Shown: positions 19,643 to 30,277 of the stretch, piece after piece | Position numbering within the stretch: the first letter of the stretch is position 1 | Layout: each line of letters starts with the position of its first letter | Origin: Myxococcales bacterium | GTDB taxonomy: Bacteria > Myxococcota_A > Polyangia > Polyangiales > Polyangiaceae | Length of the DNA: 64,000 bases | NCBI GenBank assembly: GCA_043747615.1 | Contig: JAYTOU010000031.1 | Coordinates: forward strand, 32,001 to 96,000 | Direction: 5' to 3' | Notes under the pieces: generated by a model | Told to the model about the DNA's origin: nothing | Database searches by the model: none | The model's input: only the letters and a program-made list of their open reading frames with translations | Program-made: the position numbers and the translations under genes

Positions 19643-21330
19643 GGCTCGCCTGGCGAGAAAGACTCCGCGACCCGCGGGCCTTCGTGCTCGTCGGGCTCGC
19701 CGTGGCCATCGCCGTCGGCTGCACATGGGGCCTCCCCAACTCCACCTCCTGGGTCGCCGATTCCATATCCCCCCGTTCGTGCGGCCTCGGCGCGGTGGTG
19801 GAGAATTTCATCCCCGGACATTTTCAGCACTACCCGCCGCTCCATATGGCGATCCTCACGATCTTCTCGCTCCCCTGGATGGCAGCCGCGGCGAGCAAGA
19901 CGGGGATGCACGTCGATGCGCTGGGCCTCGAGCTCATCAAGCCATTTTACATGACCGGGATCGAAGCGAGCGCGCGCGTCGTTGCGGCGGTCATGGCTCT
20001 CGGGATCACGTGGAACACAATGCGTCTGTGGAGGCGGATCTCAGGGGAGCGTGCGAGCATTGTGGCGGGGCTAGTCGTCGCCACCAACGCAGCCTTCGTC
20101 TTCTACGCGCACACCGGGAACCTCGAGGTGCCGTACCTCTTCTGGATCACCTGGGCTCTCGTCGAGCTCGATCGCGTAGCCACCGGAGAAGCGCGCGAAC
20201 GTCAGGTGCTTCTCCTCGCCGTCGCAGCTGCCCTCACCAAAGATCAGGCGGCGGGCGCGCTTCTCCTTCCAATCCCGATCTACGTCGTGCTCGTCCCCTG
20301 GCTGACCCAGCGCACGCCGATCGTTCGGAAGTCCCTGGTGATCGCCGCGCTGACGGCCATCGCGGCGTACGGCTTCGGCTCCGGCGCCTTCCTCAATCCG
20401 AGCGGCTTCCACAAGCGCGTGCAGATGATGCTTGGCCCCGCTGCACACACCTGGGCCGCGTACCCAAGTGATTTCGACGGTAACGTGGCGCTCGCCCGGG
20501 ACACATTGAAGGCGACGACGGAGTTCACGTCGTGGCCGATCGCCCTCGGTGCCGCCATTGGAGTGGGGCTCACGCTGGGCTTGCAGCGCGGTCTTGCGCG
20601 ATGGCGCATGCTCTTGCCGCTGGTCGCCGCGATCTCCTTCTCCATCTTCTTCAACTTCAGCGCCCGGCGCACCGACACCCGCTTTCTCTTGCCGCAGAGC
20701 ATCCTCTTTTTCCCCTACGTTGCGGTCGCGTTCGAGTGGCTATGGAACTGGAAGGCGTGGAGCTGGAGGCCGAGCGGGCGCAGGCTCCTCGTGGTCTGGC
20801 TCCTCGTCGCGTTCGCTCCGGCGGTGATCGGTGTGGCCTCGATGGACGCAACGCTCCTCGCGGATCCGCGCTACGAGGCGGAGCGTTTCCTCGCCGCGCT
20901 TCCCACGACGACCCGCCTCGAGATGTACGGCGGCCCGATCTTTCTGCCGCGCGTTCCTCCTGTGCTCGCTGCCGTCCGGCCGGGGACGGATCCGATCGAC
21001 GAACGTCAGCAGATCCTCGGCGTCGAGGACATCGTCGATCCCACGATGGATCCGCGACTGCGAAATCCGGACGTCATCGTCCTGGCGACCGAGCTCAGCT
21101 CCGTGGGCATGACCGAGCCCGCTGGCCCGCACCCCTACGGCATCATGCAGTACCGCGATCCCGTTTCACGCGCGTTTCTTCGCGGGTTGCTCGACGGATC
21201 GCTGGGCTACCGCCGTGCCCTTCGCGCCACCTGCGCGCTTCCCTGGCCGCTCGAGTGCCGCTCCATTCATTACTCGACCGCAGGCGAGATGTGGATCTAC
21301 GTCAGAGCTTCAGGAGGTCGATCGCGATGA
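19639..21330 (+). CDS. Polytopic GT-C (ArnT/PMT-like) glycosyltransferase
   Basis: Many TM helices; WVAD, HYPPLH, ALTKD, RFLLP; ATGA overlap with the aminotransferase. Confidence 0.65.
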   Translation: MRLAWRERLRDPRAFVLVGLAVAIAVGCTWGLPNSTSWVADSISPRSCGLGAVVENFIPGHFQHYPPLHMAILTIFSLPWMAAAASKTGMHVDALGLELIKPFYMTGIEASARVVAAVMALGITWNTMRLWRRISGERASIVAGLVVATNAAFVFYAHTGNLEVPYLFWITWALVELDRVATGEARERQVLLLAVAAALTKDQAAGALLLPIPIYVVLVPWLTQRTPIVRKSLVIAALTAIAAYGFGSGAFLNPSGFHKRVQMMLGPAAHTWAAYPSDFDGNVALARDTLKATTEFTSWPIALGAAIGVGLTLGLQRGLARWRMLLPLVAAISFSIFFNFSARRTDTRFLLPQSILFFPYVAVAFEWLWNWKAWSWRPSGRRLLVVWLLVAFAPAVIGVASMDATLLADPRYEAERFLAALPTTTRLEMYGGPIFLPRVPPVLAAVRPGTDPIDERQQILGVEDIVDPTMDPRLRNPDVIVLATELSSVGMTEPAGPHPYGIMQYRDPVSRAFLRGLLDGSLGYRRALRATCALPWPLECRSIHYSTAGEMWIYVRASGGRSR

Positions 21331-22477
21331 CGAAGTGCAGCACAGAGAGCGCGGCCCAGCCGCTCAGAAGCACGCGCGGGTAGGTTCGCGTGGAGACAAG
21401 CAGGATGGGCCAGCTCACCACGAAGAGCTCGGTCGTCACCCGGAGGTAGCTTGCCTGATCGTTCCAGTGCTCCTGGTCGCTCAAGAGCATCGCCAGGAGG
21501 GCGTAGAGGCACCATGCGAGTTTTTCCCAGGACGGAACCTCGGCGCGGAAGAGCGCACGCCCTGTGGCGGCGATCGTCGTCAGGAGAAGGGACACCTGGA
21601 TCAGATCGAGCACGTACGCGTGCCGAAATGCGTCGACGACAAAGCGCGTCAGTCCGACGAACGGGGGAAGGAGCGTCCCTCGGTTTGCAAGCGCAGGTGC
21701 CACGCCCCACACCCGCATCAAGAGCAGCTGCCACGCGAGAAACGCGGCGAGCGGCCACGCGGACGCGAGCATGGTCGACGGCTTCGGCCGGGGGCCGCGT
21801 ACGTACCGGATGACTTGCACGACGAAGAGCGCGGCGGGGACCATCAACGTCGTTTCGCGGGTGAGGGCCGCGAGAAGGAAGATCAGCGACGCCCACCACC
21901 ACCGCGCGCGGCGGGCAAGAACGATTGCGCCCAGGAGGAGTGAGCATGCGGCGATCTCCGAGAGATCCCGGGCGAACGAGATCAAGAACCCTGGGTAGAG
22001 CGTGAGGCCAAGCGCCCACAGCGGCCGCGTGCCGACCGACGTGGCGAGCTTCGCGGCGGTTGCGGTGAGGGCGATCCCCGCAACGAGGTTGACTGCGATG
22101 AGCGCGAAGAGCGCCAGCCCGGGACGCCCGCCGCCGGAGAGTGCCCACGCCGCAAGCGGAAGCAGGATGCGTTGATGGCGGTACGAAGGCCGATCGAACG
22201 CGATCCCGAAATCGGTTACCTCGGTAGTGAACGGGTCGAGCGTGAGGCGGTAGAAGAACTGTCCGTCGTAGCCGCGGTTGATCTCCGTGGGGCAGGTGAG
22301 GGAGCGTGGTGTCTCGTGAGGCGCGCAGGTCGGAACCCCCGTCATCACGAAATGCGAGGCGTCGAAGTGGTGAGCGGCGAGCTTCAGCACCACGAGCGCC
22401 ACGAGAACGAGCGCGCCGATGGCGATCACCCGGCGCGCAGTGGCGAACCGCGCGACACGCTCGAGGACGGGGTGCAT
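21302..22477 (-). CDS. GT-C-like membrane protein (AZOBR_p60025-like cell-surface glycopolymer protein)
   Basis: GYDGQFFYRLTLDP, YRHQRILLP, DLSE, LTRET; multiple TM helices. Confidence 0.65.
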   Translation of the reverse strand: MHPVLERVARFATARRVIAIGALVLVALVVLKLAAHHFDASHFVMTGVPTCAPHETPRSLTCPTEINRGYDGQFFYRLTLDPFTTEVTDFGIAFDRPSYRHQRILLPLAAWALSGGGRPGLALFALIAVNLVAGIALTATAAKLATSVGTRPLWALGLTLYPGFLISFARDLSEIAACSLLLGAIVLARRARWWWASLIFLLAALTRETTLMVPAALFVVQVIRYVRGPRPKPSTMLASAWPLAAFLAWQLLLMRVWGVAPALANRGTLLPPFVGLTRFVVDAFRHAYVLDLIQVSLLLTTIAATGRALFRAEVPSWEKLAWCLYALLAMLLSDQEHWNDQASYLRVTTELFVVSWPILLVSTRTYPRVLLSGWAALSVLHFVIAIDLLKL

Positions 22478-22481
22478 AGAC

Positions 22482-23570
22482 CTAAGCAAACGCGAAGGGA
22501 TCGCGGTCGGCGCCGCTGCGAAGGACGTCGAGGCCGGGACAGCGTGCCCTCAGACTTTGTTCGAGGCCCCCGAGCGCGGTCCGCTCGCTGTTCGAGTGCA
22601 GCGTGGAAACGACCGTCAGTCCCGCGCGGGCGCAGGCGAGAGCGTCGTGGTGCCGCATTTCACCGGTCAGATAGAGCTCCGCCTTCTTAGCGATGGCATC
22701 CTGGTAGAGATCTCCGCACGACCCCGCCGAGACCGCGACGCGTGTGACGGTCCCCGTCGTCGGGCCGGCGACGAGCAGGTGCGCGAGGCCGAGCCCCGCC
22801 TTGATTCGCGCGAAGAGCTCTCCGCGACCCACCGGAGCGAGCGCTCCGATCCGCCCCATCCCACGCCGCGACGGTGAGGGCGCGAGGCGTATGAGATCGA
22901 ACGCTGGCTCTTCGTAGGGGTGCGTCTCGCGCAGGGCGCGAAGGGCGTCCTCCACCCGGGCGATCGGGAGCCGCGTCTCGAGGCGTAGCTCGGCAACCGT
23001 CGCCAGCGCACCCGCGATCCCCACCGCCGGGTTCGAACCCGACTCACCGAAGAAGGTGCCCGTCCCTGGCGCTCGAAAGCTGCATGCACTGTACTTGCCG
23101 ATCTGCCCGGCTCCGGCCGCGAAGAGCGCCGCGCTCACGGCCTCGACCGCCGACTCCGGCACGAAGGTGACGAGCTTGTAGTATGCATCTTTCGCCGGAG
23201 CGGCCCTCAGGGGTAGGCGGTCCGTCATCCCGAGCAGATCGCCGAGAACGTCGTTCGTGCCTCCCTCGGCGACGTCGAACGCCGTGTGCGGGCTGTAGAT
23301 GGCGACGCCGCGCCGCACCGCTTCGAAAATCAAACCGGGCGCCGTCACGTGCTTCAGTCCCTGAAAAATCGGCGGATGGTAAGCGATGACCATGTCGCAG
23401 GGGGTAGCGTAGGCCTCCTCGGCGACGGCGTCGGTGTAGTCGATCGTCAACAGAACGCGGCATACCTCGCGCGCCGGATCACCCACCAAAAGGCCCACGT
23501 TGTCCCACGGCTCGGCGTCCGTGGTCGGCGCGAGCTCCTCGAGGACGGCTACGAGATCGCTAACGCGCAT
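22482..23570 (-). CDS. Nif3-like dinuclear metal-centre protein with PII-like insert (YqfO type)
   Basis: WDNVGLLVG, YHPPIF, SPHTAFD, KLVTFVP...AGAGQIG...HPYEEPA, GEMRHH, HSNSE. Confidence 0.92.
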   Translation of the reverse strand: MRVSDLVAVLEELAPTTDAEPWDNVGLLVGDPAREVCRVLLTIDYTDAVAEEAYATPCDMVIAYHPPIFQGLKHVTAPGLIFEAVRRGVAIYSPHTAFDVAEGGTNDVLGDLLGMTDRLPLRAAPAKDAYYKLVTFVPESAVEAVSAALFAAGAGQIGKYSACSFRAPGTGTFFGESGSNPAVGIAGALATVAELRLETRLPIARVEDALRALRETHPYEEPAFDLIRLAPSPSRRGMGRIGALAPVGRGELFARIKAGLGLAHLLVAGPTTGTVTRVAVSAGSCGDLYQDAIAKKAELYLTGEMRHHDALACARAGLTVVSTLHSNSERTALGGLEQSLRARCPGLDVLRSGADRDPFAFA

Positions 23571-23638
23571 GCGCATCGCCTACACCCGGCGGAGGGCGCG
23601 GTCGAGCGTGCGGTAGCGCGTGCTACAAGGGGCCGGAC

Positions 23639-24052
23639 ATGACCGCCTACTTCCTCATCAAGAGCGAACCGTCCGTCTACGCATTCTCGCAACTCGTCAA
23701 AGACAAGAAAACTACGTGGGACGGCGTGCGGAACTTCGAGGCGCGGAACAACCTGCGCTCGATGAAGCTCGGAGATTTGTGCCTCTTCTATCATTCGAAT
23801 GAAGACAAGGCGGTGGTCGGCGTGGCCAAGGTGACGAAGGTCGCCTTTCAAGATCCGACGACCGACGAGGACTGGAGCGCGGTGGTGGTCGGTCCCGTGG
23901 CGGCCCTGAAGAACCCCGTCACCCTCTCTGAGATCAAAGAGAGCCCCGCGTTGAGCACGATGGCCATCGTGAAAAAGTCCCGCCTCTCCGTGACGCCCGT
24001 CAGCAAGTCGGAGTTCGACGCCGTCCTGTCCGCCTCGAAGACGAAGCTCTGA
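23639..24052 (+). CDS. EVE domain protein
   Basis: LIKSEP, WDGVRNFEARN, FYHS, SRLSV. Confidence 0.93.
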   Translation: MTAYFLIKSEPSVYAFSQLVKDKKTTWDGVRNFEARNNLRSMKLGDLCLFYHSNEDKAVVGVAKVTKVAFQDPTTDEDWSAVVVGPVAALKNPVTLSEIKESPALSTMAIVKKSRLSVTPVSKSEFDAVLSASKTKL

Positions 24053-24085
24053 GTCTGGTCGCGTAGGTACGCGCCCGCGGAGCCG

Positions 24086-24817
24086 TTACGAGAAGCTCAC
24101 CACCAGCTCTTCGGCGATGTGAATTCCCGAGCGAACGAAGTCCAAGAAATCCGCGCGGCGGGCGGCGTCTACTCCCAAAAATTCGACGAAGTAGCCCCTT
24201 GCCGGCAGCTGCACGTGGCGATGGCGCACGACCGCGTCGAGAAGGAAAACTTCCTCCGTCTCGGGGTGCGTCACCTGAAGGACGACGTCCGTCCCGGCAG
24301 GCAGATCGAGCGCGGTCGGCACGAACATGCCCCCCTTCGAGAGCTCGTTCGCGTAGAGCGCTTCGAGATCCTTTATCGTCGGGAGCTTCACCCGGAGGAC
24401 GGCGGTGTGGCGCTCGAAGCGAACCCGCACTGGCTCAGGTGTGTTCTCCGGCAAGACGAACGGAGCCTGCTCCGACGCAGGCGGGCAGTGCGCCTCCACG
24501 TACCGAATGAGCGCGTCCCACGTGTCGCGCGCCTCGTGGTCGAGCGCATAAAACTGGATGCCTACGCCCGGCCGCTTCTGCGCTGGGTCGGTCACGTGCA
24601 CCACCATGCCGTGGACTTTGAGCGCCCGCTCCCCATCCGGCAAAATAAGCTGGATTCGCACGAGCTGGCGGAGCTTGGGCGGAGTGTCGGTGCTCACGAA
24701 AATACCCCGAAAGCTCACGTCTTCGGTGAAAAGCGAGAGCTCTTTTTTCCCGTACGCGAGCTTCGCCGGAAACCGGATGGCGTAGCGAAGATCGCGGCGT
24801 TTCGGGTCGGGAGTCAT
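24086..24817 (-). CDS. Tandem PilZ-domain protein
   Basis: RRDLR...DVSFRG...GVGIQF; second myxobacterial-type domain ELSKGGMFV. Confidence 0.8.
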   Translation of the reverse strand: MTPDPKRRDLRYAIRFPAKLAYGKKELSLFTEDVSFRGIFVSTDTPPKLRQLVRIQLILPDGERALKVHGMVVHVTDPAQKRPGVGIQFYALDHEARDTWDALIRYVEAHCPPASEQAPFVLPENTPEPVRVRFERHTAVLRVKLPTIKDLEALYANELSKGGMFVPTALDLPAGTDVVLQVTHPETEEVFLLDAVVRHRHVQLPARGYFVEFLGVDAARRADFLDFVRSGIHIAEELVVSFS

Positions 24818-24932
24818 TCGCGCTAGGCATCGAGAATACGGTCCTCAGTTGGTTCCGCAACACGCCCGCGTTCCACCGGCTATTGCAAGTGCTTGAAGGT
24901 GTGGCTGCGGATGGCGGTACCGTCCCCGAAAT

Positions 24933-25558
24933 ATGGCGAACAAAGCCGTTCATCTTCCGGTCCTTAATTTCGGCAGCACCCTGCGCAAGGACAACTGGTG
25001 GGTCGGCCCCGTGGTTACCGGTACGATCCTCATCAGCTTCATCACCTACGCGACGTTTCGAGCGTTCGAGAACAACTTCTACGAGCTCGGTCCGTACCTC
25101 TCGCCGTTTTACTCGCCGTTCTTTGGAACCTCCGGTCTCGGGATTCCCTTCCTCTCCCCGGCGATGCTGATTTTGCCCGGCCCCGCGAGCTTTCGCCTCA
25201 CCTGTTACTACTACCGCAAGGCCTACTACCGAGCCTTCGCGATGGATCCGGTGGCGTGCGCGGTCGGTGAGCGCAACCCCGAGAGCTACAAGGGCGAGAC
25301 GCGGGTGCTCCTCTTCCAGAATCTCCATCGTTACACGATGTACGTGGCAGTGATTTTCCTCGGCATCCTCTGGTACGACGCGTTCAAGGCCATGTGGTGG
25401 CCCGTGGCCGGCGGCGGTCACGCTTTCGGCGTCGGCGCTCTCGTGATGGTTGCAAACTGCACCCTTCTCAGCCTCTACACCTTCGGCTGCCACTCCTTCC
25501 GTCACCTCATTGGCGGCGGCGTCGACAGCTTCTCCACCGCTCCTCTCGGCAAGCTTCG
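24933..25558 (+). pseudogene. Sdh1-type succinate dehydrogenase membrane anchor (Rv0249c-like), C-terminus deleted
   Basis: TLRKDNWW, FRLTCYYYRKAYYR, YKGETR, QNLHRY, CHSFRHLIGG; runs out of frame into sdhA sequence at about 25558. Confidence 0.8.
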
Positions 25559-27076
25559 TGAACGAGCTCGAGGAGTGGGGCGTGCTTTTCGACCGCACCG
25601 CCGACGGAAAAATTCTCCAGCGCAATTTCGGTGGTCACAAGTACCCCCGCCTCGCCCACGTGGGGGATCGCACCGGCCTCGAGATGATCCGCACGCTCCA
25701 GCAGCACGGCATCCACTCCGGAGTGAAAGTCTACATGGAGGCCACCATCACGCGGCTTCTGACAGACGGCGACAGGATCGCAGGCGCCTTCGGGTACTGG
25801 CGGGAAAATGGGCGTTTCGTCATCTTCAAGGCCAAGGCCGTGGTCATCGCCACCGGCGGCATCGGACGCGCATTCAAAGTGAACTCAAACTCCTGGGAGT
25901 GCACGGGAGACGGGCAGGCGCTCGCCTACCTCGCCGGTGCGGAGCTGATGGACATGGAGTTCATGCAGTTTCATCCCACGGGCATGGTGTGGCGGCCGTC
26001 GGTGCGCGGAACGCTCATCACCGAACGCGTGCGCGGCGAAGGCGGAACGCTTCGCAACAAAGACGGCAAGCGCTTCATGTTCGACTACATCCCCGAGCTC
26101 TACGCGTCGGACACCGCGACCACCGAGGCCGAGGCTGATCAGTGGCTCGCAGACAGCGCCGCCGGAAAAGAGAGCAAGGCCAAGCGCACCGCGGATCTCC
26201 TCCCGCGCGACATCGTGGCCCGCGCCATTCACGCCGAGGTGAAGGCCGGACGCGGCAGCCCGCACGGCGGAGTTTTTCTGGATATCGCGACGCGCCGCAC
26301 GCCCGCGGACATCATGAAGAAGCTCCCCGCGATGTACCACCAGTTCAAAGAGCTCGCAGACGTCGACATCACCAAAGACCCCATGGAAGTCGGCCCCACG
26401 GCCCACTACGCCATGGGCGGAATCAAGGTGGATCCCGAAACCCAAGAATCGCGGATCAAGGGACTCTATGCGGCCGGCGAGTGTGCGGCCGGCATGCACG
26501 GCTCCAATCGGCTCGGCGGAAATTCGCTCTCCGATCTCCTTGTCTTCGGGCGCATTGCCGGCGCGTATGCGGCGAAGTTCGCGAAGGCGGCGACGCAGGC
26601 CGAGGTCATCTCCGCAACGATCGACGAGTGCGCGAAAGAAGCGCTTCTTCCCTTCGAGCGCACCGAGGGCGCGAACCCCTTCGCCATCCACAAAGATCTG
26701 CGTGAGCAGATGGGCAAATGGGTCGGCATCATCCGGAACACGGAAGACCTCACCGCCGGCCTGAAAGAGATAGAACGTCTTCGCGCCGAGTCACTGGCGA
26801 TCAAGGTCGACGGCAACCGTCACTACAACGCGGGCTGGCACGAGACGATCGACATCCGCAACGATGCTCATCGTCTCCGAGGCCATGGCCCGCGCTGCGC
26901 TCGCTCGGCAAGAGAGTCGCGGCGGTCATGCTCGCTCCGATTTCCCCGAGATGGACAAGGTGAAATGGGCCAAGCTCAATCTCGTCTCGAGCAAGCGCCG
27001 CGAGACCATGGGAGTCGTCGAAGTGCCTCTGCCCCCCGTCCCTGACGAGATCAAGAAAGTGTTGGAGGAAGAGTGA
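25558..27076 (+). pseudogene. sdhA: Succinate dehydrogenase/fumarate reductase flavoprotein, N-terminus deleted and frameshifted
   Basis: Begins at ELEEWG (no GxGxxG, no FAD His); QFHPTG, HYAMGG, HGSNRLGGNSL; extra G at 26863 before MLIVSEA...ESRGGH. Confidence 0.88.
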
Positions 27077-27969
27077 TGGCTGAAGGCAAATCACCGGACG
27101 TGCTCGGAACGTCGGAAAAACCAGCCTTACAAGCCCACGAAGGCGGCGAAGGCAAGATCGCCACGCTCAAAATCTGGCGCGGCGACAAGGACGGCGGCAA
27201 CTTCGAGTCGTACGACGTCGAGACCTACGCCGGCATGGTGGTGCTCGACGCCATACACGAAGCGCAGGCCAAGCAGGCCCCCGATCTCGCCGTGCGCTGG
27301 AACTGCAAAGCCGGCCGCTGCGGCTCGTGCAGCGCCGAGGTGAACGGAAAGCCGAAGCTGATGTGCATGACGCGCATGAACTCGTTCCCCGAGGGCGAGC
27401 CCATCGTCGTCACGCCGCTGCGCGCGTTCCCGATCATCAAAGATCTCGTGACCGACGTGTCGTGGAACTACGAGGTCGCGAAGAAGATCCCGCCGCTCTA
27501 GCCCCGCCCACGCGACGCCGACGGCCACTGGCGCATGCAGCAGTACGACGTCGATCGCATCCAGGAGTTCCGGAAGTGCATCGAGTGCTTCCTCTGCCAA
27601 GACGTTTGCCACGTGATCCGCGATCACGACAAGAAAGAGTCGTTCGCTGGGCCGCGTTTTCTCATCCAGCTCGCCGGCCTCGACATGCACCCGCTCGACA
27701 GCCTCGATCGGCGCCCGATGATGAAAGAGGACTTCGGCATCGGCCTCTGCAACATCACCAAGTGCTGCACCGAGGTCTGCCCCGAGCACATCGCCATCAC
27801 GGACAACGCGATCATTCCGTTGAAGGAGCGCGTCGTGGACGACAACTACGATCCGGTGAAGTGGCTCCTTCGGAAGGTCGGCGGCAAGAAGAGCCTGAAG
27901 GTCCTCGCGACTCCCACCGAAGCTGGGAAGACGAAGGATCCGAAGGCCCCCAAAGCCGCAAAAGAATAA
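27076..27969 (+). pseudogene. sdhB: Succinate dehydrogenase Fe-S subunit with in-frame TAG
   Basis: CKAGRCGSC...LMC; TAG at 27499-27501; frame continues to CIECFLCQDVC and CNITKCCTEVCP. Confidence 0.88.
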
Positions 27970-28052
27970 GGACCGACATCTACACGGAGCGATTGCGCCG
28001 AGCGTTTGTCACGAAATCCACCGGGCTCAATGATTCGCGTACAATCTCCGCC

Positions 28053-29234
28053 GTGAACTACGCACGGCTGGCACTTCTCTCATTCGTCGGCACCTTTGGG
28101 CTCCTCACCACGGCATGCGGCGGGGGCGGGCTGAAGCTCACCAGCATCAAGCAGGCCCAGAACAGACCGAGCAACATCGCGGTCTACTTCAAGGTTGAGT
28201 CGTCCGGGGGCGAGCCGGTCGGCGGGCTCACCGCGGAGGAGTTTCGGATTTACGAGGACGGATCTCTCGTGTCCGCGGGGGAGAGCAAGCAGACCATCCT
28301 CAATCCGGAGGTCGCCGCGTCGCATTACACGCTCCTCCTGGTCGACATGAGTGGGAGCATCACCTCCGATCCTCAAGCCGTGGAGACGCTCGTCGCCGCT
28401 GCGACCGCGTTCACCGAAAGGATCGAAAAGTCGCAGAAGGTCGCCGTGTACGCCTTCGACGGCGGCACCGAGCTCCATCCGATCGTGCCGTTCACCAGCG
28501 CGGGCGGCGCGAAATCGGGCGTAAAATCCCTGGGAACGTACAAAGCCGAGGACCCGAGCACGAATTTGAACGGCGCGATCGTCAAGGGCCTCACCGATCT
28601 CGACAAGGCCCTCTCCCAGGCCGAGCACCCCATGCGCTTCGGCACGCTGGTCGTCTTCAGTGACGGTACCGACCGCGCCAACCGCGTCTCGAAGGACGAC
28701 ATGCGAAAAGCGGTGAGCGAGAGCAAGTACGAGATCTTCGCGATCGGACTCGGCAAAGAGATGCAGGAGTCGGAGCTGAAGGAGATCGGCAAAGATGGAA
28801 CGGCGAAGGCCGACGACAAGGCCTCGGTGGTGAAAGCCTTCGACACCATCGGCGCGCGCATCGAAAGCCAGACCAAGAGCTACTACCTCCTCAGCTATTG
28901 CTCGCCGTCCCGTGCCGGAAAACACGAAGTGCGGATCGAAGCCGTGCACAAGCAAGCCGACGGAAAGTCCGAAAAAACCGGCAGCGTGACGAGCGAGTTC
29001 GACGCCCAGGGCTTCACGCACGGCTGCGATCCGAACACCCCGCCTCACTTCGACGTGACGAAGGGAGACGCTCTCGCTCCGCCGCCGAAGAAGGAGAGCG
29101 ACGACGATCGGCACGACAAGCCGAAGCCGGCGTCCGCTAGACCGAAGGTCCACGAAGGAACCGCGGCGCAGCCACCGCCCGCTCCCGTGCCACCGCCCGC
29201 TCCTACGCCGAAGAAGGACGAGTTCGTTCCCTGA
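28053..29234 (+). CDS. vWA-domain lipoprotein
   Basis: Lipobox TTAC; MIDAS DMSGS...T...FSDG; Pro-rich tail; GTG start with TACAAT 7 nt upstream. Confidence 0.85.
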   Translation: MNYARLALLSFVGTFGLLTTACGGGGLKLTSIKQAQNRPSNIAVYFKVESSGGEPVGGLTAEEFRIYEDGSLVSAGESKQTILNPEVAASHYTLLLVDMSGSITSDPQAVETLVAAATAFTERIEKSQKVAVYAFDGGTELHPIVPFTSAGGAKSGVKSLGTYKAEDPSTNLNGAIVKGLTDLDKALSQAEHPMRFGTLVVFSDGTDRANRVSKDDMRKAVSESKYEIFAIGLGKEMQESELKEIGKDGTAKADDKASVVKAFDTIGARIESQTKSYYLLSYCSPSRAGKHEVRIEAVHKQADGKSEKTGSVTSEFDAQGFTHGCDPNTPPHFDVTKGDALAPPPKKESDDDRHDKPKPASARPKVHEGTAAQPPPAPVPPPAPTPKKDEFVP

Positions 29235-29288
29235 CGCGAAAGAGCGCTCTGCCTGATCGTCGTTGCGTCGATCGTGGTGGGAGCTATT

Positions 29289-30155
29289 TCATGAGCCGCC
29301 GGCGCTCGAGTTGCCGTTGCTCTTTTCGATGTTCGAAAGCCGCGCGAGAATCTCGGCGTGCATGTGATCGACCTTCTCGTGCATGTGGGCGATCTCGAGC
29401 TCGGCCTTCAGATTGACCTCGTACTCGATGTCGTTCCTGAAACGTTCGCGCGCGACCTGGCGGTTCTGGCTGAGGAGCACGAAGACCGAGAGGATGATCG
29501 CCTCGAGCGATACGACCATCGTGAGGAGCCCGAAGGGGAACGGATCAAAGTTGCCGATCGGGAGACTCTTCAGCGGCCACGCATTGAGCACGATCCAGAT
29601 TAAAAAAATCACGAGGTGAATGAAGAGGAAAGGAAGGCTTCCGCTGAATTCTGAGATCCAATCGGCGACCTTCATCATCTTCGTCCGCTTGTCCTCCTCC
29701 ACGGCGTTGATGTCGCGCGAGGCTGTGTGGCGGAGGAGCATCGTAATCTCGCGAAGACGCCGCCCGCTCGCGGCAAGAAGATCGAGGCTCGCTTCGGGGC
29801 GGAGACGGAAGAAGGCGTCGAGATCGCCGCGGTCCACCACCAGCGCTTCCAGATCCTCGAGCACCACCGCCGACGCCGTTCGCGGACCGCCATCCATCAG
29901 CGACACTTCGCCAAAAAAGTCCCCGGCGCGCGCCGTCTCGAGGACGATCTTGTGCCCGGTGTCATTCTTGAAGAAAAGCTCCACCACGCCCGAGCGCACG
30001 ACGTAGAGCGAATCTCCCGGGTCTCCCGCCTTGTACAGCGTCGTGCCCGCTGCGATTTTCACCGTATCGAGCCGTTCGGCGAGTATCGACCGCTCGCCCT
30101 CGTCGAGCAGCTCGAAAAACGGTACTTCCGCCAGCATGTCGGCATGGGTCGTCAT
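29289..30155 (-). CDS. cNMP-binding + DUF1003 membrane protein
   Basis: FFGEVSL...PRTA; FSGSLPF, FDPFPFGLL, SLEAI, SQNRQ. Confidence 0.9.
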   Translation of the reverse strand: MTTHADMLAEVPFFELLDEGERSILAERLDTVKIAAGTTLYKAGDPGDSLYVVRSGVVELFFKNDTGHKIVLETARAGDFFGEVSLMDGGPRTASAVVLEDLEALVVDRGDLDAFFRLRPEASLDLLAASGRRLREITMLLRHTASRDINAVEEDKRTKMMKVADWISEFSGSLPFLFIHLVIFLIWIVLNAWPLKSLPIGNFDPFPFGLLTMVVSLEAIILSVFVLLSQNRQVARERFRNDIEYEVNLKAELEIAHMHEKVDHMHAEILARLSNIEKSNGNSSAGGS

Positions 30156-30230
30156 GGTCTGACGGAGTCTACGTGCTCGAGCGGCGCCCTCGGGTGTGGG
30201 AGTGACCGGCTCGTTCTAGGCTCATCCGCG

Positions 30231-30271
30231 CGTGACACAGATTTGACGAATGTGTCACGGCGTGTTACAAG
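30231..30271 (+). promoter_or_regulatory. Sigma-70 promoter with palindromic operators (hydrolase)
   Basis: TTGACG(30243)-17 nt-TACAAG(30266), 6 nt before ATG; CGTGACACA 30231-30239, TGTGTCACG 30251-30259, CGTGTTACA 30261-30269. Confidence 0.72.
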
Positions 30272-30277
30272 TCGGCC

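Noticed and set aside
22482..24052. EVE plus Nif3 as a modification-dependent defence system
   Set aside because: Stand-alone EVE with no nuclease; both are common housekeeping-type genes.
26855..26870. Programmed frameshift in sdhA
   Set aside because: No slippery sequence; a single-base insertion explains it.
27499..27501. TAG as pyrrolysine, recoding or readthrough
   Set aside because: TAG ends many normal genes here, no pyl genes are seen, and the operon has other inactivating lesions.
27327..29234. 635-aa ORF
   Set aside because: N-terminal part is an alternative frame of sdhB; the vWA gene starts at GTG 28053.
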